Position numbers and translations under genes: made by a program
The notes under the pieces: model-generated
Database searches by the model: none
What the model was told of the DNA's origin: nothing
The model's input: the letters and a program-made list of their open reading frames with translations, nothing else
Source: Octopus vulgaris
Taxonomy: Eukaryota
DNA length: 64,000 bases
Direction of reading: 5' to 3'
Assembly (NCBI GenBank): GCA_951406725.2
Contig: OX597823.1
Location: 40,920,001 to 40,984,000 of the forward strand
Shown here: positions 1 through 12,580 of the stretch, piece by piece
How positions within the stretch are numbered: position 1 is the stretch's first letter
How the letters are laid out: the number at the start of each line of letters is the position of its first letter

Positions 1-671
1 TAACAGAATTGTAACGGAGGTGGCTATTAAGTGGCAAAAGTAAAGAAAAGAATATAAATAGAGAGGTAGATAGAGTGAGGTGGGGGGGATTTTAAGGATC
101 GGCTATAGGATAAAGTAAGGTGCATAGGTGTATGGTGTCTAAGAATTGTGTACGGGGTAGCCGAGAAGATAAGAGAGAGGATGAGGAGGTAGAGGAAGAT
201 AGGGTAAAATTTATATAGCAAAATGAAAGGAATTTAGAGAGAGTGGTCGATGTCTGGTAGTCTTAAAGTCTAAAGTTGTTAGGGAGGAAATTTAGTAGTA
301 ACTGCTTGTGTCCGTTCTGGCTAAGGTCAGTGGCTGTAACAATGGGGTTATGGATATGTAGGAAATCGAGAATCGAAGACCCAGTTAAATGTTAAATTAT
401 TTATGAGTGGGATTTAGGGAATTTATTGGGTTAAGGTTTAAAAATAAATTAAGGATAACTTAAAGAATTGATATTTGTATAATAGTGTGATGAGGTAAGG
501 TAGATAGAAAAGAGGTAAGACATAAGGTAAAAATAAAAGTTATAGAGATATAGAAGGGGGTCTGTGTTAATGACCATAGAGGTATGTATGTGGGTGCTAT
601 TCGCGGGGTGGGGGTAGGTAGCTTACATTTAGATTTATGAAAGAATTGTATATATATATGTATGTCATTCA

Positions 672-1372
672 CTTTTGAAGATTTCTTGCTAATAAAGAAA
701 GAGCCGGTTTCTAATCTAGATCCAAAGCTCTTTCATTGGAATTTTAACAACATTAAAAGGTTATTTTTGCATGTATGTATGTAAATGTGCAGTATTTGGA
801 GGCAGTGCATCTGCAGATTTGTATGTTTTGTTTTTTGTATGTATTCTTATTCATGTAGTTGCATGTGTAGACATGCGCATATATACTCAAATGATAAACT
901 TCTTAAAAGTTTTATAGATTTTTAAAGTTCGAGTGATATAACTTGGATCTGCAGTCTTCGAATAGGCTTTCACATTTCCAGTTTTGAGAAGCCTAATTTC
1001 TCACGATTATTACCTAGGTAGTTTTCCAATAATTACAGGTATAAAACTGAACTTGTGATCTGGGTAGAGTTACTGAAGATTTCACAATAGTTCAGAGTAG
1101 GTATTTTCTTTTTCGCTGCCCTTTAGCTTTATGTTAACATCCGCCAGGCGGCTGATTTCCAAAACTCTATACAGTTTCTCTTCTTTTCCCCCAAATCACT
1201 GTCTAATATGTTTACATTTTATTGAGGTTTTCACTGGAAAATTCCACTAGTACTCCTTATTATGAGTGGCTGTTGCTTCTACCATGCTATAGGTTCTTAT
1301 TTCTTTAGCCTCCGAGTTATACTTTCAATGGATCTCATTATACAGTGTCTCAGCTACATCATGTCTCATCGA
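672..1372 (-). mobile_element. 3' fragment of an R4/Dong-like non-LTR retrotransposon (REL endonuclease), decayed
   Basis: Minus strand reads RHDVAETLYNEI...WNFPVKTSIKCKH...LEISRLADVNIKLK..EKENTYSELL..LQ.LYPDHKFSFIPVIIG with stops and frameshifts. This matches the RHD...PD..D..K-type REL domain, followed by a 3' UTR. Confidence 0.75.
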
Positions 1373-1769
1373 TATATATGTATATATATATATATAAAAT
1401 ATATAATATATAATATATAGATAAACTTGACAATGACAAATAAGCGAGGGTATACAAGACATTTACATATTTACCCCCATACATACGTACAAATACACAC
1501 ACACACTAAATACTCATGCATACGCAATGTCCCCCTCTTATACAACTTCAAAACACAAGCAGTCATCTATAAGATAAGAAAGATACAATTATTTATTTAC
1601 ATATGTATCCCATTCCATCTGACCATAGCATAATATTTCAACAATTATCACGTATCGAATAGAGAATAAAATATCAAATGGTTTGTGTGATAAACCAAAA
1701 CAGATACTACCGTTGTTATCTTTAGAATCCATCTTGTTATTCTTTGACTCATTGCGTTACCCTTTTCAT

Positions 1770-2170
1770 GACCCCTCTTTCTTCCACTTCTCCTCATTCT
1801 CTCTCTTTTCCTGTCAGTCACTCTCTCTCATTCTCTCTCTTTCATTCTCTCTCTTTCTTTCTCTCCCTCTCTCTCCTCTCTCTTACTCTCTCTCTCTCTC
1901 TCTCTCGTTCAAACGTTCCTCTTTATGGTCACATAACGATGTCTTTATTTGTCTTTTATTCACATTTTTCCTCTTCACTTTCTTCTCTCTTTTTCATTTC
2001 CTTTGTGTCTCACTCTTTCATTCTTTCTCCATTTCATCCTGCCCTCTCTTTCCCTGTCTCTTCAGCATTTTTTGTTTATTTTACCATAATAATGTCTGTA
2101 TCCTTCTTTTTACCACACTTTTCTTCACTTTCTCTTCAGTTTTATGTCTCACTCTCTCCTCGCTAAATAT
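1770..2170. repeat. CT-rich low-complexity tract
   Basis: (CT)n and polypyrimidine sequence; explains the S/L/F-rich ORFs 1683-2216 and 1744-2166. Confidence 0.9.
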
Positions 2171-2789
2171 CTTTTTATGTTCCTCCCAATCAGTTTCTGG
2201 CGTTCTTGATTTTTGATCCCCACCAATCTTTTCTCTGACATTATCGCTCTTGCCTTCAAGTTTCTCTCATCCATTTACTTAACAATTCTTTGCCATTCAC
2301 TCAAAATCTTTTACTTCCTCTCAATTTCCTTTAATATCTCACTTTATCATACATGTATCCACTACCGCTTTCCTTAACGCTAACGCTTTGTTCTCTTTCT
2401 TCGTCTCCTATTACTGATCACATCACTCTGAGTTTGTATCCCTTACTTTTTCAAAGATGATATGAATAATAAATCTACTTATATTAAACTTTAAACCTGT
2501 GTAACATCCTCGATTGTTTCTTTAGTAATACATCAACCACTTCAACAAAATCAGTCTGGCATCTCTCTTCTAGTGTTTAACATACCAAGATATCACATAT
2601 TGATTCAATTCTTTGATAAATTATACCACTAAATAATATATTGGAAACTTTCGTTTTTGATACTGTTTATATGCATGTGTATGTATGTATGTATCTGTGT
2701 AGCTTAATGCTGGACGAATGAGAAAGGACTGCTCAATATATATTGTAAAGTCTATGGATTTTTGTCATTAGGAAATGAAATTAAGAACA

Positions 2790-3047
2790 TTAGTCATATT
2801 CTCTTCCAATGGTGGTTTTACTCGAAGGAGATATTTGCGAAGTGCTGCATTACTCTTGAATACTGTCCTGATGTCATATGGGCCGCATATCTTTTGTATC
2901 TTTTCGGAGAAGCCTTTCACGTAGGGTAGACAGACTGCAGACAGTTTATCGGTTTCATCCTATCTTTTCTACATAATTGGAGTGGATAGTATTTTTTTGG
3001 TGTAGTTGTTGCTTAACAGATTGTTACTGAGATTGATCATTTCTTCG
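2790..3047 (-). mobile_element. Inverted partial copy of the adjacent Penelope-like element
   Basis: Diverged reverse complement of 3077-3334 (e.g. ttagtcatattctctt vs aagagaatatgactaa; gtttatcggtttcatcc vs ggatgaaaccgataaac). Confidence 0.9.
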
Positions 3048-3076
3048 TGGTGGGCATTACGATCGCTACTTATATT

Positions 3077-3890
3077 CGAAGAAATTATCAAGATCAGTGA
3101 CAATCTATTAAGCAACAACTACCCCAAAAGCATACCCTCCACTCCAATTATGAAGAAAAGAAAGGATGAAACCGATAAACTGTCCACAGTCTGTCTACCC
3201 TATGTAAAAGGCCTCTTCGAAAAGATACAAAAGATGTGCAGCCCATATGACATCAGGACAGTATTCAAAAGTAATACAACACTTCGCAAATATCTCCTTC
3301 GAGTGAGACCACCAATAGAAGAGAATATGACTAAGAACTGTGTGTACTCCATCCCATGCAGCTGTGGTAGGTTATACAAAGGCGAAGCATGCTACCCTCT
3401 CAAAATAAGGGTAGAGGGACATCGAAAAGCTGTGACACAAGGAGATATTGATAAATCGGGTATAGCTGATCATGTATGGAAAATTGGGGACGACCTTCCC
3501 CTGTGGGATGAAGTTCAAATAATAGAAGAGAACACCACTGGAAAATACGGAAACTAAAAGAAGCAGCACATATGCTAGGACACAACAACCTTCTAAGCAG
3601 ACCGAGTGCAGATATGAACAGCATATGGGAACCGGTATTACGGAAGGATAGGTAGATTCATAAGCCCTAAAATTCACTCTATAATTGCCCACGGGCATAT
3701 GGCGTAGTGGTTAAGAGCGTGGGCTACTAACCAAATCGAAATTTCCCCAAGACACTTGATGAAGGCTGGAGAGTACATCAGCCGAAACGTTGTGTTAACA
3801 ACAAACAAGATGAGGACAAACATCCGTCAATTGTAAATAATGTAAATAATATACATAATTCCTCATCTCTTAAATATAGAACTGTATTAT
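3077..3890 (+). mobile_element. 5'-truncated Penelope-like retroelement: GIY-YIG endonuclease region plus terminal repeat
   Basis: ORF 3006-3557 contains LPYVKGL..KI...DIRTVFKS...KNCVYSIPCSCGRLYKGE...RVEGHRKAV...KSGIADHVW, typical of PLE GIY-YIG domains. It frameshifts near 3530 and is followed by a hammerhead-bearing tail. Confidence 0.9.
3751..3796 (+). ncRNA. Minimal type I hammerhead ribozyme motif in the PLE terminus (core variant UUGAUGA)
   Basis: gacac-TTGATGA-a-ggctg-(loop)-cagcc-GAAAC-GTT-gtgtt. Stem I is gacac/gtgtt, stem II is ggctg/cagcc, and stem III is the palindrome AACGTT. Confidence 0.7.
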
Positions 3891-4214
3891 GAAATTAAGA
3901 ATTTGTCTCAGGACTCGAATTTCATGCCATTACGATCTTCAGCTGGCAGCTGATGATGTGAATGTATGCTTCATATGCCTTTTCGTGAATCTTTCATATC
4001 TTGTGGTTTCTTTAGGCATAGTTGCCCTTCATTCATGTAAAGTTAAACATGTTTTGGGGTTCATGGTTTATGGTGATTACATAAGATTGATATGACTTGA
4101 TTGACTTTATGGATAATCTTATTAAGCTAGGATAATTCTTAATTAATTGCTTCTAGATTCGGGATGTCTTGTGGCATATATACAATGTTAGTGTGTGTGG
4201 TTGCCTGGGTATGA

Positions 4215-4380
4215 ACGCTAGAGTATCCAAGTGATGAAAAAGTTCGGTTCACAATCATGCGTTCCCGGTTTCGATTTCCCTATGTGGAATTTTGGACAAT
4301 AACGTTTTTACAATGGCATCAGTTTGTCCAAAGCCTTGTGAGTGAAACTAAGTGAAGGGGTCTCGTGTAGAAGCTTGTCA
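4215..4380 (+). mobile_element. Decayed head of the tRNA-derived SINE family seen at 45713 and 57470
   Basis: gttcccggtttcgatttccc...ccaaagccttgtgagtg resembles the head of that family. Confidence 0.55.
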
Positions 4381-5066
4381 CGTTTATTCTACATGAGAAT
4401 TACGTTACAGATACCAGTGGTTTTAGAATACTTAACTAATTGGTTGACTTATTCAATAAGTAGGTCGCAGAAATGGTTGCTCATTGGCTTCCACGAGAGA
4501 GTCTATTGCTGAAATGCTAGCATATGTTCTATGTAGAAAATACCCGATATTGTAGACGGTTACCAATTATGTAGAAAAGCCGTCTTCGATTCGAAATCTT
4601 CTTTATGATGAACATTCGTTTCACATTTTGTTCGGGGATTTTCGTTAATATTCCTTCATCATTTTTATTTAATAATTACTCATTTGTTGTGTGCCTGCTG
4701 TATGCTGCTTTTGGTTGTAGGGTTAAGGGTGCAATACATTTTCTAATCTAATCAGTTCAAATCATATATAGGTTTGCCTATATGCTTGTTGGTCTATCTA
4801 GCTTTGGTATAATAACATAGCTGTCATTCCGTCTGCTCCACTTAAAAACATCATAATTGATATCTTTATAACTGCTGGCAATGAATTTTACTAAGAAAAA
4901 AATGTGATGTATTAAACAAAACGTGATGAACAATAGTTACGTATCACACATACGTATATACGTACATGTAGACTTAGACACATAATTATATGTATGAGCA
5001 TCTGTATGTATGTATCTATTTAGCTATCTACCTATATATATATACACACACAGATATATGTATACG

Positions 5067-5109
<43 letters not shown>

Positions 5110-6074
5110 TCATACATACATGTGTGTGTGTATGAATTATACTATATATAAATATACATATGGGTAGATAGTGGAGAGTGATGGGGAAGACTGGTGGTAT
5201 AGATCGTGCTCTAAGTATAAAAATATGATATATTTTCAAAAAGTGGTAGAGTAAGAATAGTTAACATATTTTTCATATAGATTTGGATTGTAAAGAATTC
5301 ATCTTTAAAACACTTAAACACGTTTATATTTGAAGAGAATCAAAAGTTTAAACATCAAGTTTCTAATACCGAAAATACTCTCTGTTGAAATATTTATAAT
5401 TCTCATTGTATTAAGTTTGTATTTAATTCATTATAGAACTAGTTTATAAGTTGCAGTCGAACATCGGCTATGTGAACATAAATTCTCCGAAATTTCGGAT
5501 TATCCGATAGAGATCACAAGTTCCTGTGAATATTTAATTAGCCTTATAATGTTAACCTGAACTAGACAATAATACTAGTACTAACATTTCGTCTTTTGTT
5601 ATCAATAATTAAACGTGAATTCAAATTACTGAAGAACATATAAACCGTTCTGACATCAAAGAGGTGTTACTGACACCGTTACGAAGTTCAGGTCTTTTGG
5701 TTGCAGTTATCAACAGTACAACGTATCAGTCTGCTAGTCTGAGCTTAACCGACCACTTTAAGCAGTGTTAAAATGGTTTTAACATATAACAATCACTGGT
5801 ATGCAAAAGGATTTGAAAGTATTTCAAACTCACTGATGTCTTCTTCATTCAGTTTCCAACATTATTCTGAGTATGTCTCTTTTACAAGTCATTAAGTGTC
5901 TTGTTATTCCTATGGCTGAGCAAGATAGCGGTAACTAAGAAGAATAGATAAGAAAATTACGATTTTACATCGTCTGAATCATAGTGAAGTGGTTTCAAAA
6001 TTGCAATAGAGCACAACAATTTATCGGCAACAACATCTGTAGATGTTTAAAATGTGCTTTTATTATTCGAGATG

Positions 6075-6437
6075 GTTGAATACGAAGTCCTTAGCGGTAT
6101 TTCGTCTATCTTTACGCTCTGAGTTCAAATTCCGTCGAGGTCGACTTTGCCTTTCATCCTTTCGGGGTCGATTAAATAAGTACCAGTTACGCATTGGGGT
6201 CGATATAATCGATTTAATCCGTTTGTCCCTTCTGTGTTTAGCCCCTTGTGGGTAGTAAAGAATTAGGTATTTCGCCAGTCGCTACGTTCTGAGTTCAACT
6301 TCTGCCGAGGCCAACTTTGCTTTTCATCCTTTCGAGGTTGATAAAATAAGTACCAGTTGAGTACTGGGGTCGATGCAATGGATAATCCCCCTTTCTCAAA
6401 TTTCAGGCCTTGTACCTGTAGTAGAAAGGATTATTAT
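6075..6437 (+). mobile_element. Two tandem partial copies of a tRNA-derived SINE with a Nin/Deu-like central domain
   Basis: B box gagttcaaattcc, then gactttgcctttcatcctttcggggtcga..aagtaccag, ending gtagaaaggattattatt. Confidence 0.85.
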
Positions 6438-6590
6438 TAATACTTTTCTGCAAAATTATGTTAAGTATAACTTCTGTCTTCGATTATACCAGAGTATAAG
6501 TTCTTCCTGGTATTGCATTGCATCAGCTTTTTTTCCTTATGGGTTTTGAGTTGAGTCTTTTGCTGTATTGGGCTGTATGTGTAATGCGAG

Positions 6591-7131
<541 letters not shown>

Positions 7132-7516
7132 CATCATCATCATCATTATATGTAGTGATACTAATCTGTGAGATTACTTAGATACTACAAAGTCTAAGTA
7201 ATTTTGTATTATTTGGTACTTTGAACTTGACTATTATCTTATTTAGCATCTATCTGGCACCACATGTTAGTCAACATTTGAATTCTACAGGATAAAAACA
7301 TCGGCTGGGTGTACGGAGATCCCGAGATTCTCAATCACTGAAATCCCACTGTTGGCCTCGATCGTAGTGTCCAAATGAGGGTAGATAATTTTGTCTGGCA
7401 CCAGATTCGAAGCAGGAGTAGCTGAAAATGTGATAAACTGAACCACAGCCTGAGTTATTGGAATGATGCTATATCGACCAGCACACCGCCTTTGTAACTC
7501 CTCGCCGGACTCATCA

Positions 7517-7560
7517 TGACCGCGAGTCCGCTGCCCTAACCACTGGGCCATTGCGCCTCC
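7517..7560 (-). mobile_element. Isolated tRNA-like SINE head (A box), same family as 10287
   Basis: Minus strand ggaggcgcaatggcccagtggttagggcagcggactcgcggtc vs ggaggcacatggcctagtggttagagaagcggactcgcgatc at 10287. Confidence 0.75.
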
Positions 7561-8501
7561 CAAAGCTGGAGAATTGTGACACTGGATAATGATACATATC
7601 AGGTAGTGCAAGCAGTAACCAGTCCGGGACTCGTAAAGGGCAGTGTCATCACTTCAAGAATTACTGGCTAAATCTACAACCTACAATTTTAATAATTTCT
7701 TGTTATGAAACTATTCGGTAATCCAGAAAAAAATGTTTACCACCTTCAAGTTCAATGGTCTGTTATATAAGTTCAGTGCTGTACTAGACGGTCTCTGTGA
7801 GACTGAAACTCCTAACAGTTACACGTTTTTCATGTAGCTTTACTTCTTTTGTGTGAATAGTTTTTTTTTTATCATTGAATATTGTGTCTGCCTGACAGTA
7901 ACTAACGATAGAAACTTCTTTTTTTTACCACTTCTTTAAGATCTCCACATCACAGCTTGTAAATGTTTTTTTTTTTCTCATTGATCACAAAGAAAATTCT
8001 CTCAGACTTCAGTAATATCGAACTCTTATAAAATTTGGTTTAGCATTACTATAGATATCACGCAAAGAACCCAAAACATTGTAAAGTGGTCTGTAGCTAA
8101 GAATATCTATTTGTCGTAGTTCTCACCAAAAGCTTCTAACATCTCTTTTATTTTCTATAGCAGACAGCGCTCTCAAAATTTCATAGCCTCAAGTTGTGGT
8201 CTCAGCAAAGGGGTCGATGTTTCTTCGCAGCTTTGATTCTTTATGATCGCCTGAAAATTTACAATTGAATCAAATTCTTGTAAATGTGTTCTATCCAATG
8301 GAACAATCTTCAACAATTTCATTACCACAATTCTATCACCTTCATCAACGCCAACAATAAGTGAAATAACAGAACGCTCTTTTAATTTAATTTAATTTAA
8401 TTTAGTTACTGAGTACATCATAAACATATATCTAAACAAAATTTTTGTAAATGTTAATATCTTTAATTCACTTATCTTTCTTCATTGTTTTATAACACAT
8501 A

Positions 8502-8609
8502 TTTCTTTTTTTCTATTTTCAGGTGAGTACCATTAATATATCAGTTGGTTATAAAGAGCTTTGTTCAGAGCAAAGTCTGGCGATGATTTGCCCTTATTTT
8601 CAGGTTGGT
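8502..8609 (+). other. Candidate recursive splice site (Yn-CAG|GTGAGT) with a possible 81-nt RS-exon (8523-8603)
   Basis: tttctttttttctattttcAG|GTGAGT at 8502-8528 and a second CAG|GTTGGT at 8601-8609. The 81 nt between them are stop-free in frame 0. Confidence 0.45.
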
Positions 8610-10286
8610 TATTCCATCTTTACAATTTTTTAGTTCAGTATTCCTTATGGACTGAACTATAACATTGCTGAATTTTAAAGTGAAGTTAAAATTCTGAACA
8701 TTTTTTGCATCTCTTATAATTTTTTTCCTTTGAGATGTGGCTTTCTTTTTTTTTTTTTTTTTTCTTTTTTGCTTTGGGAGAAATTCAGTCTGAAAATATG
8801 ATTAAAACTTCAAAATTAGGACAGTAAAATCAATATGGAATTCCAAAGAATAGCAGGTAGTGAAAAGAGCAGAGTTGGTAGGAATCAAATCATTTTGCGA
8901 TATTTAGCACAGATTTAACCGCTTGCATACTCAACATTCACATGAGTGTTTTCACTACCACAGCTGCTTACATATCAGTAATATCTTGGTTCCATGCAAA
9001 TGAAACAAAAAAATCACTATTTCGAATAATGAAAAGAAAAGAATTAAAGAAAATCTTAGAGAAGACAAGGAGATTGTGGTATTTTAGTTTGGTGTGTTTG
9101 AATTTGAAAACAGTTTTATATTTCATAGCTCGATAGATGTTAAAATAAACATGAGTAATATAGCTAAAGTCAAACTGGTCGACGATAACTTCTCCCTGTA
9201 GCTAAATTACCTTTAGCAGAGATAATAAAATCAATAATCGAAATTAGTAAATGCATGGAAAATAAAATATTAAAATAAAACACCAGTTAGCGAACCTTAT
9301 TAGTTCCTAACTCTGAGACATCTACCATTTTTCGATTATACGACCAATTTTATTTTACTGTATTTATATCATTTTATTTTTGTATTTAAAAAAAAAGAAA
9401 ACAAAGGAAAGAAAAGTAGTTTGTTGTTGGTACTTTAGCCGTTGCCCTTCATATACGTCTGCTTTGATAATTGTTCTTTCGAACTACCAAGTTCATTGAA
9501 GGCCATTCCTTAGAATATTTTGTCTGAAAGTCAATTTCACACTTCACCAATTTCTTTTCCTTTCTTGTTTTCTCTTCTTTTTTGTTGTATTATGTATATT
9601 TTTTGAAGCTCCTCTGGAATGAACTTGAGCTATTTTTTTATGTCAGAATAATGCATCAAATTTGATGATGACCTTTTAAAAATAACAAGATGGGAGGTCA
9701 AGAGGGTCTATTGATTCTTATCGGTGTTAGTCAAATAAAACCTGAATTATCTCTTTAGTTGTATATCGAGAAAAACCGCAGTGTTTTGAAAAATAAATAA
9801 ATAAAATATTTCGAATGTGTTTAGTTCAAAATTTTGCAATTACATTTTCTTTTAAAAGTGCGTTATTCGTAATTCCCCTGTTACGTGTTATTTCTCAAAC
9901 AGTTTTTGATTATCTGTAGAGAAAGTTAAGAACACTGGATATATCTTATAGGTGTCTCTTTATATTTCGTGTTCAAACCACGCAAAGAGTAATTCTGCTT
10001 TTCATCCCACCGGGCTCGGCGAAATAAGTTATTCTCACATACGATTTTAGCTACATGTATCCTCTATATTAGGATTTCAATATTTTGTTTAAGCGTTGCG
10101 GGACTAATATCTCAGTGTAGAACTCAAGTGTTAGTTGAGTACAGAGCGGTAATATGGAAAAGAGAGGACAAAGGAATAAATGATTACCAGGTCCGTGAGG
10201 ATTTAAAAGATGTGGATAGATTGCAATGTTTATACTGCATGGGAGAAAAAAATGATTTAATTATATCTATGTAAACTCTATTTTGT

Positions 10287-10578
10287 GGAGGCACATGGCC
10301 TAGTGGTTAGAGAAGCGGACTCGCGATCCCTCAGATAGGGCGATGTGCGTGTTTATGAGCGAAACACCTAAGCTCTACGAGGCTCCAGCAGAAGGTAATG
10401 GTGAATTTCTGCTGACTCTTTCTCCACAACTTTTTCTTTTTTCCTTCTGCATCTAGCAGCTCACCTGTGACAGACCGACGTCCCATCCAGGTGGGAAACC
10501 TACACGCCATTGAAACCGGGAAACCGGGCCTTATGAGCCAGGTATAGATCGAGAAAGAATAAACAACAACAACAACAA
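10287..10578 (+). mobile_element. tRNA-derived SINE with a (CAA)n tail
   Basis: A box tggcctagtggttag; body cacctgtgacagaccgacgtcccatccagg...gaaaccgggaaaccgggcc; tail aacaacaacaac. Confidence 0.8.
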
Positions 10579-10587
10579 ACTCTGTTT

Positions 10588-10830
10588 TGTGACCCAGTGG
10601 TTAGGTATTGCACTCACGATCTTACAATCATGATTTCAATTACCGGACACTCCATTCCGCGTTGCTCCTGTCTACTCAACTATAAATGAGTTCAGCAATA
10701 GCTGGAAATTTATCCTTACGACATAGTGACATTCCGTTTAGGGGGAATTGTTGAAATCTCACTTACTTATACGCTGTGGAAACCTAGTTAAGCATCGGCC
10801 TTATGAGACCTGGATCTCATGACAGACCTA
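10588..10830 (+). mobile_element. Older related SINE (CORE-like), decayed
   Basis: gtgacccagtggttagg...gttgctcctgtctactcaactataaatgagt...ggaaacc...ggccttatgag. Confidence 0.55.
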
Positions 10831-11256
10831 AGTTTAAACCCAGTTTTGTGATCCTTAGTAATAAAGTATGTGTTGCTAAAGTATTTCGTAATAAAGGAGC
10901 AGCTGTTGGTATTTGTCAGGTATCTGTAGCTATGACAGCCTATTGGATGTTATAGCTACTGATACCTGAGAGCTTTGCCAATGGTATATTTATGCTTAAT
11001 TGCATTCAGTTTAATTTATATTAAACCACATTCCAAAAATATCTTTGACTGAATTATTTATTTCGACTATTAAAAGTGCTTATTTTGAAAGGAAAAAAAT
11101 AAAGAAAATGAAAGCCATAAATATACAAAAATTTGAGTGGGAAATAGGGGAATTTAAAGAAAACAAAATCAATGTTATGAAATTAAAATACGTTTTATCC
11201 CCCTGCTTCCACCTAAATGGTATGCTCTACACCTGTGTGAACGTATCTATGTGTGC

Positions 11257-11304
<48 letters not shown>

Positions 11305-11812
11305 GGTGAGAGAGGGGGAAGAGAAAAGAACATTAAGGGAGAGAACTGGGATATTATTAATTATATAATCTCAAAGACGTTAAAGAAATAATTGGATAAA
11401 GTTCTTCATATCGAAATTTAAGATAAATTTCTTGTGATAAAATATTTCTTATTCATATAAACCATTTCAAACTTGTCTATGATATCTCATTTTATGCCAT
11501 ACACGTCTAAAATTCCTGGAATATTCCAATTTTTATATCCATGTCAGATTATCGCTTATAGATTTATAAATGTTACAGCAATATAAACTCACTCAAGTCA
11601 TTGCTGCAATGTCCGTGGTTTCCTCTGAATATATATATATTCCGTTACACTAATGTAATTTAACAAGAAGTAAATGACTGCAGAAGTGTAACCATGTACT
11701 CATAAAATATTAGTTGGTGCCATAGATAAAAAAAAGAAAGCGTTCGCCGTTTTGGAAATGAGCGTATTACGTATTAGCACACACACACACACGCATGCAC
11801 ATACATTCTATA

Positions 11813-11937
11813 TACAGTATAGTAGGGTCAGTTGGGCACCGTCTGTGAGAAAAAGAGAATCATGACGCAATTCTCTGTTCCAGAAATTTGGAAACTACAT
11901 GCTGTACTGCTTGACATTCACGCCGGTAGCTCCAATC
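11813..11937 (+). mobile_element. 5' fragment of the DD37D (maT) transposon family seen at 31424-32361
   Basis: MTQFSVPEIWKLHAVLLDIHAGSSN matches MQFTLPEIWKRHALLLGIRAGGSN of ORF 32069-32260. Confidence 0.85.
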
Positions 11938-12043
11938 TTAGAGAGCCGGAAGAAATGCCACTACCCATTTTGTCTGATGTGCTATCGCTTCTGCCGATCA
12001 CCTTACTACTACTACTACTACTACTACTACTACCACTACTACT

Positions 12044-12253
12044 CTCTACTAAAGGTACAAAGCCTGAAATTCGTGGGTATGGTCTAGTCGATTATATCAA
12101 CTTCAGTGCTCCACTGGTACTTAATTTATCGCCCCCGAAAGGATGAAAGGCATAGTCGACCTCGGCGGAATTTGAACTCAGAACGTAGCGACAGACGAAA
12201 TGCCGCTAAGCATTTCGCCCGGAGTGCTAACGATTCTACCAGCATGCCGCCTA
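12044..12253 (-). mobile_element. Nin-domain-like tRNA SINE
   Basis: ccccgaaaggatgaaaggc..agtcgacctcggcggaatttgaactcagaacgtagcg (reverse complement of the family core). Confidence 0.85.
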
Positions 12254-12580
12254 ATGATGGTAATAATAATAATTCAGAGTTAAGAATAAATTCTACACTT
12301 TAACATAGACTTCTACACCGTAAAAGAATAATTTTTATCTGTGAAAAACGGCAGCTTAATTTCCCTTAAATTACTTTCTGTTATCTTCGACCACACCAGA
12401 CAAAAGTATACGCCTGTATACTTTTAAATATGAGGTGACATGATCATTGCAATTAAAGCTGGCCTAAGATGTGAAAAAACAGCAAAATCTTTAATAACAA
12501 AAAGAAAAAAAACAAAAAAAGTCAATATATCTTTGTTTATGTGGTTCAAAATACCTGCCGTTGGCCACTCTGGCTTATTC

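Noticed and set aside
1-640. Purine-skewed region with minus-strand ORFs 27-221 and 460-672
   Set aside because: No recognisable domain; probably part of a decayed repeat cut by the window edge.
3693-3732. tRNA gene calls at SINE heads (also 7517, 10287, 29280, 46050)
   Set aside because: Only A/B-box remnants are present, with no full cloverleaf, and they are embedded in repeats.
7490-7530. RGHDES motif in ORF 7285-7611, resembling hAT/ZMYM1 transposases
   Set aside because: The RG codons come from the SINE head and the expected downstream GNF motif is absent.
7700-7800. TFKFNGLLYKFSAVLDGL resembling a DIRS/LTR reverse transcriptase motif
   Set aside because: Too short, with no flanking RT motifs visible.
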